This document shows, piece after piece, positions 44,894 through 57,056 of a stretch of DNA of 64,000 nucleotides. The notes under the pieces were generated by a model, which saw only the letters and a program-made list of their open reading frames with translations, was not told where the DNA came from and ran no database searches. The number at the start of each line of letters is the position of its first letter. The stretch's first letter is position 1. A program made the translations under genes and the position numbers. Source of the stretch: Folioceros fuciformis (Eukaryota); contig JBNGIO010006185.1 of the NCBI GenBank assembly GCA_049999805.1, positions 199,775-263,774 on the forward strand. Reading direction: 5' to 3'.

Positions 44894-46945
44894 CTAGAGA
44901 CAAGCATTTGGGAGCCAACCCAGCCTGTTCACAGGCAGGTCGAACACCAACCGCCAGTTCTGCAGTTGGTAGTTTCCGATGGAACTCAATTTTTCTGCTG
45001 ACCTCAGGATGGCCAGACACAAGTACGTGGATTTTTCGTCCTTCACTTCAACGATGAGGGTATCTCGAGCAAAGACGATGGAGCCGCCATCTTCGAACTG
45101 GAAGGTGACTTTGGGAATGAGGGGATCGGACACCTTGCCGGTGATGTCCCAGCAGGTGTCGAAGAGGCCGTAGTACTGCGGCAGGCCGGTGCGCATCACA
45201 GGCCCAAGACCCAACTTGTCTGCAACACTGATGAAGGCCTCCAGGAATGGGGTGTAGGCTGCACTGGCCAGGACTGTGTAAGGAGCAGCTGTGTCCACAA
45301 TCACACCTCCCTCGTCCTTGTCCTTGATGTCGAAAGCCTCTTCTGGAATGCCCTTCACCTCCTCGGTTCCCACGATGATGGTCTTCAAACCCACGTAGTA
45401 GAAGTTCGGGTTGCCTCCAGACTTGAGGGGCGTGTAGTAGATCTTGTCTGCAAGACCTTTGAGCCAACCATCCATGTCACAACGGATCAGTCCCTTGGAG
45501 TGCACTACTAACAGGGTGCTCACATCTCATCACGTCAAAACAGATCAAAAGCTGGTCCGAGATGGGTATTGGAGCAGTACTTGGATCGGGCATGGAGTCG
45601 GGGCCGAAAGCAAGGGTGTCTATGCTGTCCGATGCAGCTGTTGGCAGACAGAAGGAAAACTGGTTGCCGAAGTTGGGTGCAATCTGGGTGGCGAAAGATA
45701 GCTGGGATTTTCCGTTGCCTCCTCCGAGACCCAGGATTCCACTGTTCCCCAACGGAGGGGACGGGAAGAGTGTCTCTGTTGCCTTGCCAAACACCACTCC
45801 TGCAATCACACCTCAAGAAATATCACAACCGGAAATATTGCAACACCCGCCTCTTCAACACAAAACGTGACATCACAAGACGTGCAGCCATAAACACATG
45901 CTCCCACGTCACAGCAAGAAAATGCAACACAGCCGAGTTCTGCATTTCATCGTCCTAAGCCGCTATCATGCCACAGTACCCGAACCCGGCAGCAGCAAGC
46001 TTGAGCTTTCCAAGAAAGGGGTCCCGGACGACATACCGAGCAGGGTCAGGATGCCACCGTCAGACGTGTGGAACGTGAACGTCTCCTTCGCGAGCTCCCC
46101 GCTACTAAAAGCTCCGCTGCCCCGAGTATACAGCTTCTTGTAAGAGCAGCTATGCAACCCACAACTGACATACGACTCAGGGCTGCGCTCTTGGAGGCTC
46201 TGGCAGGGCCGGTCGAAGCAGCCCACCTCCTCCACCGAGGCCGACAGAAGGGGAAAGTAGCGCGGCGTCCTCTGCTCGAAGCACCTCTGCAAAACCCAAC
46301 AAAACCCACATCCCAAATCATCCAAACACACGTCTCCCACATCCCGTACCCCGCAAACCCAGCAACCATTCAACCCACCTTGCACGGAAAGGCTTGCACC
46401 CACAACAAATCGCTGGCAGTGTCCAGGAGAAAAATCTGATTCAACCTGGAGGGCACCTCTCCGATGGCGAATTGCACGTAGTAATCACCGACAGCGCGGG
46501 AGTTATCCACGCCCGACACCACAGGCCCGTGCACCGTGTTCTCCCCCTTCATGCCGAATTCCCCTCCACTGGGGAAAGCAGCCTGGTGCCGAGCCAGGCG
46601 ATGCTGGGATACGCAGGCTGTGTCTCCGACAGCGCAGTGCTTGGGCCGCATCGGCGAGCTGGCACCATCCACATGGCCCACCGACAAGGAAAATCCCTTG
46701 GCACCAGAGATCTCGCGCTTCGACGTCGAGCTCAGATCGAATTGTTGGAAACTCGGCAGCGAGGTGGTCGGAATCGGCTTGGGGCCTCCATTCTGCCGGC
46801 TCACACTGTCCAGTCCTTTGAGACGACTCTGGAATCCAAGAGACGCGTATTTTGGCGCTGTCGCGTGGAACTCCTGGTTGGCCGAGCTCAGACTGGTCGG
46901 AAATGCCACCACACAAAGGCAAGCTAAAACAGTGCCAAAAGCCAT
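44894..46945 (-). CDS. A1 (nepenthesin-like) aspartic protease; exons 46945-46379, 46286-45980, 45799-45581, 45447-44894
   Basis: Signal peptide; GDYYVQFAIG; LLDTASDLLWVQ; GILGLG; FSFCL; FYYVGLKTIIVG; GVIVDTAAPYT; SIGNYQLQN..VFD. Splicing is in frame. Confidence 0.9.
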
Positions 46946-47333
46946 TTTCCTTACAAGCCTATTAATTTCAAGTACAGCTACCAAACATATATATACTCCC
47001 AGCCCTCCAATATATATACGTCATACAGAATATGAAACAAAGGTCAATATGAAGTTTTATACAACTGGATAAAAAGTATCCGATTTCATATATAATAATT
47101 TATATTATTATACTATGTAATATTCAAAAGATATTATGAATAGTTTTTTTCTTGTTTCTTCCTTTGTTGGTGTGTGTTTCGTAATTTGCACTGTGCTGTT
47201 GGATTTTGCTTTCACAACAGCCTTGTTTTTGTTCACATTCATACTAAGAAAATGAGGATATTGTTAAATTCATGCATTTGTTGATATGTGTGTATTTTAA
47301 AAAGTATAATAATACGATTCACACAATATAGAT

Positions 47334-47337
<4 letters not shown>

Positions 47338-47371
<34 letters not shown>

Positions 47372-47381
47372 TATATATAAA
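47338..47381. repeat. (TA)n microsatellite
   Basis: Direct reading. Confidence 0.9.
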
Positions 47382-48069
47382 TATCACACATTTCAAGTAA
47401 AGATACTGTATCAATAAAATCTCTTAAGAATATAACAACCTTTCTAAAACTAATGTGGAGTGTTCCCATTGTAATAGGTTTATGATCATGGTCACCTCTC
47501 AATGCATTATTATTTAATTCATAAATATTTTGTATAAGGATCTTTCTAGATTTTTATAATGTATTAAATTTATCGAAAAGAAGAGATAAACAAAACACCA
47601 CATTTCCCAAAATCAAGAAGGATTAATAAAAATCTTATTCAATCAATTATTCTTTTATAATTTCTTGTAACTCCTCTTCTTATGTCTTGAAATAGAAAAA
47701 CACTGTCCACTAAGGTTCCAAAAAGAACATAAGAGAAACACTCTACAGAGAATTATGGAATACCGATACAGTCATATGCTAGGGCAATTAGGGTTTTCAA
47801 TTTCCCTGTTGTGGCAGATTGCTTCAAGGTTGGGGCCTTCCTCAATGGGTTTAGGGTTTCACGGCGGCCATGCTTTCATGGCTGCTCGTGTTTCATTCCA
47901 TGGGTTTTAGGTTTAGGGTTCCTTGCCACACTTCATGGCTTCTTCTTCCATGCCTCAGCGCCACTTCCATGCCTTCTTAGCCCCGTGTAGGCTAATTCGT
48001 GAGCTGGTCAAGCCACAAGCCCTAGACTCTAAATCCTAAACCCTAAAACCCAAGGAGCACCCTAAACCC

Positions 48070-48300
48070 GAAATGCTATGCAACAAACTTAACACACTAT
48101 GTCCAAGGATGTACACAAAGATATAGAGATATGTAAAAAACTTTGCTATACTATGTATATGTATGGAAGGATGATGTGGCAAGGTAGGCTATAGGAATAT
48201 TCCATAGATTGTACAGAATATTCACATATAAATACGTATTCCAAAAAAAAAAAAAAGTCTTTGGTCACTATTCGCATCGGCGTTCCATAGAGTATTGCAC
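48070..48300 (+). repeat. Second copy of the dispersed repeat at 8275-8520, preceded by telomere-like TTTAGGG/CCCTAAA motifs (47847-48070)
   Basis: Shared sequence blocks; gggtttagggttt and cctaaaccctaaa motifs. Confidence 0.6.
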
Positions 48301-49224
48301 AAATGATGAGGTTTAAAAGTATTCTTCCCTACATAATGGACATGTTTTCATCTCTTTTGCTTTTGAAACCCATGGGCTTTAATGATGACTTTTCAAGATT
48401 CATTAAGGAGTCCGCAAAGGTATATTAGAGTCATAGAAATAGGGTTTAACCTTAAACCCTTAGTGGTTGCTTTCTTTCAATATTGTATATTTATTGCTTT
48501 ACAAATAACATTGGTAAATGTATTCTTTAAACAACAACAAATACAAGTCAAGTGATTTCTTTGACACCAACAACCAATAGTAAATAGGCCTGTTCTTTGA
48601 ACAACAGGTACAAGTAAAGTTTTTTGGTACCCTTGGTAAGTAAGCTTTTATTATTCTATGTTATCTTATTTTAAAAACAATAATTAAATTTAAAAATAAT
48701 ATTAAAAAAAACTAATACCTTTTGGACCTAGAATTATGCCTTTCAACATTCTACATTATTTTATTTTAGGAACAATAATAAATTTAAAAATAATATTAAA
48801 AAAGGCTAGTACCCTTTTAAGCCTTTAGTGTGCTCGGGTTGTTCTTCCTTATCTTAAGAATAAATGAAACTTTTCATTTTTTTTTCAATAATAAAAAATA
48901 AGGTACTTTATTTCCTAGAAGTGATATATATTATTGAAAAAAAATGAAAAAATTATAATTACCATAAAGATAAGAACGAATAACCAAAGAAGACCAAAGA
49001 CATAACAAACACCCCTTATATATCATTGTCAAAACTACCTACTTTCTCAAAAATATTTAAAATGACAAAAGATCTAGCTACATCCAATGAAAGCTACTTG
49101 TCGTAATTCTAAAGATTGCATCACCAACACCCATCAACACCCTTGCAAAGAAATGCATATGCAATATCAAAACAAAGCAAGAAAACCCCATTTCTATGAT
49201 GGGCATACCATTGTACTACTAGAT

Positions 49225-49545
49225 AAGTATGGATGACATAAGATGACATACCTTTACACACTCAAAAGCCTTGTTAATATGCATTTCCGCACTCCCGGAC
49301 GATACACTTTACACAATCGCTTGGATTATACTCCTTTACACGCTCTGGAAAAGCCTTTGTGATGTAGCTTTGCACAACCTAGATGAGCCTTCATGATATA
49401 GCTTTGAACACTCTTCTTGTACCACACTCTTTAGTAAGGCAAGAGTGTAAAGCTGGATGATATGCCTTTATACACTCCTAGGTAAAGCTTGATGATGTAC
49501 CTTTACCCATCCCATCCAGCCTTGATGATATACCTTTCCACACTT
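49225..49545. repeat. Degenerate tandem repeat of roughly 30-45 bp units
   Basis: Recurring gatgatata.ctttacacactc / aaagcctt. Confidence 0.65.
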
Positions 49546-50149
49546 GCGGATTCGCAATCCTAACAATTGGCACTTCAGGTATAATAAACATACTCAGTAT
49601 CAACTTCTCCGGATAATAATATAATGAGAAAGGATACAACCCATTCACCCAACCCGCACAACTGACGCCCTTGCTTGATATTTTTTCGCTGTCCGGGTGT
49701 AAGTCTTCAAACGGACCTCAAAATTCCGATCCCTCTTACAGGCGTGACCTCTGGGTCGATGTCCTACACCCCACTTCCTGGGCATTGTGCATTTGAGTAA
49801 CATGGGGATCTACCCCCTCATCGTCAAAGCTTGCCACAGCTGCCACAGCTGCCACCAATCTGCCTCTACCGTCGATACCTTCCAGATTCTGAAGGCTTTC
49901 GGAGCAGACACAGAGACAGGAGAGCCAAAGCAATGCCAGCATCCGAGTACAGAAATCCTTAATACCCAACCAGGCCTGACGATATTGATCAACTTGTGGT
50001 ACTCATCTCGCTGGATATTGCGAAATTGATGCTCGTGCTCGCTCCTCAGACCATGAATTAGATCCAAATAAAGTGAGGTCATGCCAGTCGCACCAGCTGT
50101 TCGTCGTCGACAGTATGTAGTCTGAATCAGATGTGAAGTATGGATGAAA

Positions 50150-52670
50150 TATGCTTCTCCCACGTTCTCTGAAGAGGAAAAGGCCACCTACAGCTGAAGA
50201 AAGACACCGTGGTTAAGCAGATGATTACAAACAAGCGATCTCATTTCGAAGAGAACCTTCAAAGAAACTGCAGAGGAAACCTTAGGCCACTTCAAGACGT
50301 GCAAGGGAGTAAGAGAACCCACCAGGAGAGCAGACTGCAAGCCAGCTTCATGGCAGTTCGAAATCACGATTTCAACCTCATCTGCATATCTGAAAGCTAG
50401 ACAACAGTTGCCCATACTCTGCCAGCTGATGTTTAGGCCACACTGGACATCCCTTCTTGAGCCTGCGCGATCATATGGAGATCTTTGTCCTCAGCGCGGA
50501 AACACAAAAACTTCTTGTGGCAATTTCCTCATTGCATCCTGGCTCTTCTGGTTTTCGATCCTCCAGACTCGGCCGAGGTTACAAAAACTTTAGCAGTTTT
50601 TTTTCGTGCTACCCTTCTGGGCCAGGCAAGAGAGCTAAGCTTCAATGAGAAGAAAGCAGCTGCTCAGATGGAGAAGCACAAAGGGTACGGAGCAAATTGC
50701 AGCAGAAAGAAAAAGAAAGAAAGCCATACACATTTAGACACCAAAAGACCGAACGACATATCGCACCTTTGTTTCCCTTCACAAGGGCTGGAGGACGATG
50801 CATTTTTCAAGGGTTTGTAACGCTGATGAGGTTCATTCCTCTGACGAGCAGGTCCAATTTCGGGCCAAGACCTGGGAAGATACGAAATGTTTGAAATGTT
50901 TTTGACGTGTGTGTGCACTAATAAAAAAAATCACTGCGGGGTGGTCGAGGATGTCATACCGGTTGGTTAAGTCAATCCTATATGGCACACCATTTCGGAC
51001 GATGGTTGTGGCAATCCGCGAGTTTCCAGCCAGCAGCTCCAGTTCCTGGCCAACATACGGAGTCTTCCGCGAATCGACATCACACACAACTGACCTGATG
51101 CGTGGCTTGTGCCGATCCAGAATCACCTAGGTGTTCAGTCAGCTGTGAGTAATAGGAGATTAATGACCTCACATCTCACCTGGTACACAGAACGTAGTGC
51201 GCAGACCAGAATGACTATGCTGAACCTCACAAATAAATAGGCGCTAGTACCTGTGCAATAACATGGCGGAAGACGTAGTGTTCATCCTGCAAACGGAGGC
51301 GGGCTACGTGCCCCAACTTGTCGTATGTTGTCGGTACAGCCATACCCGCAGGGAGCAGGTCCTGCAAGATCTGCACAGAGTCCAGATCACCAAATGGGAA
51401 ATACACGCTTGGATGCCCCAAAGGGTCTAAGGGAATCTAGATTGTTTGCCCTTGCCCAACAATGAAGAATCTATTTTATTGCCAGCCGTAAGGGAAAAGA
51501 GTCGTCAGACCTCATCCACTGCCCAATAGTCATACGAAAGAACCAATCTTGTTTGCACAAGCTGCCGGGTTGTGAATCCTCTCTTGTTTCCAGCTGCAAC
51601 AGCCATCTGCCGAGCAAAGCGCATCGAATGCAGAGCAGGAGTTGTCAGATAATCAGAAAACTTGAAGGCCAACCCGACACGAAAGCACAGCTCATAACCC
51701 TGGTTCAGACCTGAAGCGCCATGGGAAGTTCGTCCAAGGCCTTCCCTGCAAGTCCTTCATCCAGCAACAACACTCTTGTTGATCCTTGAAATCGTTTCGA
51801 CTGCTTTCCTAGCTTTAACAAGCCTAGAAAGTCTCCTATTGCTCCATCATCCTTCCCAACTCCCCACCCATCCTCCACAACTTCCACAACCACAGCTTTC
51901 TCCTCCCACATGCTTCTGCTTATCCCCCTGGCTTCTACCATGTTAGATTTATCGTTCTGCAATGTTTCCTCACAGTCTCTCCTGCTGTAGACGAAAGACC
52001 GTGCTGCACCTCTAGGCCTTGATAGTTCCTCAAGATGGGGAAATCTTTCTTCCTTCCTCCTCCGCAGACTGACAACTCCAGTCCTCAGCACTGCTTCGCT
52101 GCCGACGTCATCATCATCGAAAACAGCCTTCCTGACAGACTCGGAAACAGTTTCACCTTTCCTCTCGCCATCCCAAAACAGGCCTTTCAAGTCCTCATCA
52201 ACTTCATCCCCGGCAACCCTTGCAAGATTCTTGATACGAGGCCAATTCAACAGATGCCCCCGAAGCTCATACTCCAACTTCTTACTCTCGTCTGACGGCA
52301 CTTGCAAGGCAGCAATATCATAAACCCTGGTAAACCCAGCCCTATCGATGTCAGCTCCCTTGACGTATCTCTGCTTCTTCACCAAATGGTTGTAGCTGCT
52401 GATGTCGTATACGCTGGTTTCCTCCTCCCCGTCCCGCTTGATTCTCTGCCACTTTTCCTTTTTCTTATCTGAAGCACATCCCCTTCGGCCCCAGCTCAGA
52501 GACGGGCCGAGACGGAGACCAGCGAACGCACAGACTATGCTTGCATGGTGCCTCCGAGTTCGTCTGCAGGACGAGAAGAGTTCTGTCTTAGGAGGAATTT
52601 CTCGACCCAAGCGCAGCCCTGGTTGTTCCCAAATCTGTACACCAATCTTCTGGAAGGAACACAGAACCAT
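50150..52670 (-). CDS. TRM5: tRNA (guanine37-N1) methyltransferase TRM5-like, organellar-type N-terminus; 3' half degenerate and 3' end uncertain
   Basis: FTRVYDIAALQVP..LRGHLLNWPRIKNLARV, TRVLLLDE, LVLSYDYWAVDE, LLPAGMAVPTTYDKLGHVARLRL, VILDRHKPRIRSVV, LELLAGN. The SAM-binding motif was not recognisable downstream. Confidence 0.75.
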
Positions 52671-52885
52671 TGCTTAGGGTGTCGAGTTCCTCAATGAACC
52701 TCTGCAGTGACCTCCTAACGTCCTGTCTAGCAGAGCGCTAAGAGCAACGGATCTTGCGAGCCTTGAATTTCTACTAATCGGTGGCTTCCTTATATATATC
52801 CCCGAAGCAGAAGATGTCTTGGACGGGAGACCGATCCCGCTTTTAGTTTCAGATCATAAGCACTATTTTCGGCAGGGGTCCAGCC
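52671..52885. promoter_or_regulatory. Probable bidirectional promoter/5'UTR (215 bp) between TRM5-like and ELP6
   Basis: Divergent ATGs at 52670 and 52886; tatatatat at 52791. Confidence 0.5.
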
Positions 52886-54061
52886 ATGTGGAGTTTAGAC
52901 GAAGCTGTGGACTGGACAAGCGAAGGGAATCTCATCCTTGTGAAAGATACGTTGGCTGCCAAAGGGACCTTCGTCTTGCACCATCTGCTCAAAAGTCTCC
53001 TGACGAATCCAGCGAAGGCACAGGACCGGCCTAGAAGCGTCAAGGTTGTGTTCGTAGGGCTTGCTGATACTTTTGGACACTACAACAGAGTAGTCAGAAA
53101 GCAGGTCAGGAGGAGTGCGACAACATTGGGCTTTGCTCCTCTCCAAGTCACCAAAGTCCAACTTTGCCTGAACAAGCCTGTGTCTCTGTCTCGTTCATGT
53201 AGCAGGGATGTAACTTGTCGAACTCTAGAGACAGTGGAGACGTTGCTTTCCTGGAATTTTCCCCAGACAAGTTCCTGGAGAGTGCGAAGAAGGAAAGCAC
53301 GGCAACAGGTTCCTTGCAGTAAGTAGCATCCGTCCTGACCCCTCCCCAACGTTTCCAATCATGCAATCTCGATTGCCTCAGACCAGACCCGTGCTGCATG
53401 AACGTGCAGGAACCCGCTCTTCAACCTGTACAGTAGAATACGACAGGCAGTGGGAAGGCTCCTTGTAGGCCGCACCGAGCACATATGTGTAGTGATTGAT
53501 GATGCCTGCTTGCTGGAGATAGCAGCTGCTGGCTCGCATCACCATGTGCTAGACTTCTTGCACTACTGTCGAGCACTTTCCTGTCAGCAGGCGCAAGTAA
53601 GTAAACCCCTTGTCCAGATTCCAATACCTGATTACGAAGTAATGTAACTTGTACAGCTGGCTGATAGATGCTGCACCTGTCGTTTTTACTTACAGAGTTG
53701 CTCGCTGGTGGTGCTTGTACACAATGACGTTTATGACGAATCAGACCCCTTCTCCTTAGTTCATGCGCTGGAGTCTGCCTCTGATGTTGTGCTGGACGTG
53801 GAGCCTTGCAGCAAACATATATCAAGTGATATACGAGGCTTGGTATGGTGTCTTGGGTCATGGCCATTCATCTTGCTGGAGTGGGGCAAGGACCACACTT
53901 CTGACACCCTGTGTTGTGTGCAGCTGACTGTTATTCATCGCACCATCCCAACTGGTGCAGATGATGTTGAGGAGAAAACTGGTTGTACCCAGGAGGTGAG
54001 GAGAGTTGAAACAGTTCGGTTTGAATTGTTGGAAACTGGTGTATCTTACACCCATGTCTGA
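52886..54061 (+). CDS. ELP6: Elongator complex protein 6, multi-exon
   Basis: LILVKDTLAAKGTFVLHHLLK, VVFVGLADTFGHYNRVVRKQ|GCNL, VVIDDACLLEI, VLDFLHYCRAL, LVVLVHNDVY, DVVLDVEP..DIRG|LTVIHR. Confidence 0.88.
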
Positions 54062-54254
54062 CCATCAGTCCCAGGGCCTTTGAAGGGCGATGGAGACTAG
54101 CCGGCTTTAGACCACTTTACAGCACTTTGCATGTAATCCTCGTTTCGATGATGATTCATGAGCATTAGATATGAGAACCAATGTAGAAAATGTTAGCTGA
54201 GTTTTTTGCTCTTAGTTACTCTTATGAGGATAAGGGAGGAGGGAGTGAAGTAGG

Positions 54255-56378
54255 CTACCATGGATCAGGAGGTACGTTTCTGGGCTGTGATTGGTTGGGG
54301 TGAGATCCCCAGCTTTGCTCAAGGAGAATCAGGCGCAGGCGCTCCAGAAGACGGTCCAACGCTAAGTGCTCTTGTTCGGCAAGAGAGTTCAGGGATGCTG
54401 GTGTTCGTGTGAAGTCCTGGCGAAAGCATATCGTCCATACGCGTGAGGGATGCAGGGTATGGAACTAATGATATCATGTTCATGATTCGAGAATGGACAG
54501 CATACCTCAGACACTGAATATGCCGAGAGATATGAGTAGGCGTCCTGGTAGAGTCCACAGTGGAAGAGGAGCATTCCGTAGTCCCTCTTCTCAATCTCAT
54601 CGACACCTAGGAGGACAAGCCTTTCTGAAGCTGATGGAACAAACGCAGAAAGATTATGTAACCTATGACCGACATGTGGTTGGTTCTTGTGGATTATGTG
54701 TCACAGATCGTTAGCCTTGTGCAGCGTACATACACATTAAAGGGCATGAATACCTGCAAGAGCTCGGCGGATGTCTCCAAAACTTGAACTAGTCCATATC
54801 CCACGCTGCAATCGTAGCTGAGCAGCCCTTGCAAGCGCAACATCTGCACCTCTGTTTCGTATCACGTAACGAGTGATAGTTGGAACTTATATTTGGAGCA
54901 ATCGAGCAATTAAACCAGGGGCACGAAAGCATACTTGCTGCTTGATGGAGCTGCGAACAGACTTTCGTAGGGGCTCATGGAATCCGACCGGGTGCCTCTG
55001 CTGGCTGCATTGGCGGCCTCCAGAAACTCAGAGCCATGACTGGAGCTCGCAGAAGACTTCCACGGCCAGAAAAGCTGCTTCAGGCTCCTGAGCACCTGAC
55101 ACCCCTTACTACGTCAGTCATGATAACCTGGGCAGCGAGGGGAGGACCACTCTTCTCCAGAGCAGTAAGCATGACAGTCAAAGTTGCGGCTCAAGTACCT
55201 CGACAAGAAGAAGCTGTGGCGTTAAGACAACCGGTTGGAGGGCTCCTCTTGACTGTTCTCTAATCCTGTCAGGGAGGTTTGAAGCGGCATGGGCATGGGG
55301 GAAACCGAGAGGGTTGATTGGGAGCTCAACCTCCGCCAGAAACTCTGTCGCTCCCGAAATATACAACCTTTTTGCAATTTCGCTGTAAATCAAAGCTAGC
55401 ATCAGCGGTGTTCCCATTCGTCGAGTCAGCACCTGCGCAGATGGATTGGTCGAATAAAGCTAGTGATGGAGGTGACTTCACTGATCAGAATCATGTCCAA
55501 GCTTCTGCTTGAAACTTTGCACAGACATGTCTCGAGAGATGAAGTTCCTTACAGAGTTGAGGTAAGAGTCCCGTGCATCCGCAACGTAACCTGGTGTGGC
55601 TCTCCTAAACCCCTGATTGAAACAGGCAAACATGAGGATACTAATCAGCACACCGTATCCATCTTTTGTGATCCAACATCATGTGAGAATGAAATGCCAA
55701 GTGCCTGGCGTCCTCACCTTATACACATACAAGAAACTGTCTAAAGCATCGAAGACTGCTGCGTCAGTAGCTCTTGCCGGCAAATAGTGCCCAGCGAATT
55801 CATTTGCCATTCCATCTAATCTCTCAATATACGAGTCCACAGGAAGTGGAACGGACGAGTGAGATACCAGAGCATCGTCTTCTGCAGCTATGTCCAGGGC
55901 AGCCCTGGCAAGATCGAACGAATGGGAAACATCCATGCCAGCCTCAGCATTTTGCAACTTCTCGATTTCCCCGGAAAAGTCTGCACGAGCAGCCTAGAGG
56001 GTTCAATACAAAATTAGAGCATGCCCGACCCTCGTACTAAACGAAACTGTGCAATACGACCGGAGAGGAGCGTGTGAGAAAGATGCGGCTTGAAACTGCG
56101 AATGCAAACCAAACGGGCGACGACGGATGTGGAAGTACCCGAGCATGAAAGGTGTCGAGACCTGCTTCATCCATGAAGTCGTGAAGACAAAACCTCAGCG
56201 GAGGGATTTCTCCACTGCTTTTCGCTTGAGAGGCTAAGCACTTGGAGGAACTTTGAATAGGAGGTGAAAAACAGGGCTCCCTGTTTGTGTTGAATCCTTG
56301 CTGTGTTATCACGAGCCAAGACCCGGATCCGGATGGCCTGTGATGGATAGAAATGGCGCTGTGCCATCCCTGAAACAT
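54255..56378 (-). CDS. SirB1/transglutaminase-like core protein with C-terminal TPR-like region (conserved plant family), multi-exon
   Basis: LARAALDIAAEDDALVSHSSVPLPVD, FLYVYK|GFRR, YLNS|VLTRRMGTPLMLALIYSE, RLQRGIWTSSSFGDIRRALA|SERLVLL, RDYGMLLFHCG, terminal exon ..PPDPW*. Confidence 0.85.
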
Positions 56379-57056
56379 GGTGATCATCTTATCAACAAAG
56401 GAAGGAATCTGCTATTCCACGCACTAGGAATAAGCAACCCGGCAGCCCTTAGCAAGACAGATTCAACTGCCTTGCAAATTCCGATGACACAACTACAAGC
56501 ATCAATCGCTCCTCCAGTCTGAACAACACGCAGGATCCAGTTGAGTCTAAGGATGAACAGGAGGTAAGCCTGTGAATTCGTTGGATCAGCGAATTCTCCA
56601 AGCTGTCTCCAGCATCAGTGCGAGGCAGGGACTCTGCGACGAACTACGCAGCGCATTTGCGTAAGGCGGGGTCCAGACTGACTCGACGAGCAACTTGACA
56701 GCGAGGGAGAGAAGGGTCGGGGAAACCGTTTCGCCGAATGGTCTGCGTGAAATAGGACACATGGATCGAGTCTTAGTGGTGGCCGAGTTTAGCCCGGCGG
56801 AATCTGTATCTAGGATCTAGACGAGGACGAGGCAGAATGAAGAACTGTCCAGGAACCATCTCATGTACACCTGTTACTTAGAGCCACAGAGCCCTCCAGG
56901 TGTCGTACTAATCAACACTATTTTCACATTAGCCACAGGTACAAGCTGTATGGTCTTAGGGAGGAGGAGAATCTGCTACCAGGGCAAGAAAAACTTCTGA
57001 AGCCCAACACAGGAGAGCAAGTATCGACAAGACGTGATCGAACGAGTTCATTTGAA

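Noticed and set aside
47847-48070. Interstitial telomere
   Set aside because: Only scattered TTTAGGG/CCCTAAA motifs, not a true array; these are common in plant TEs and promoters.
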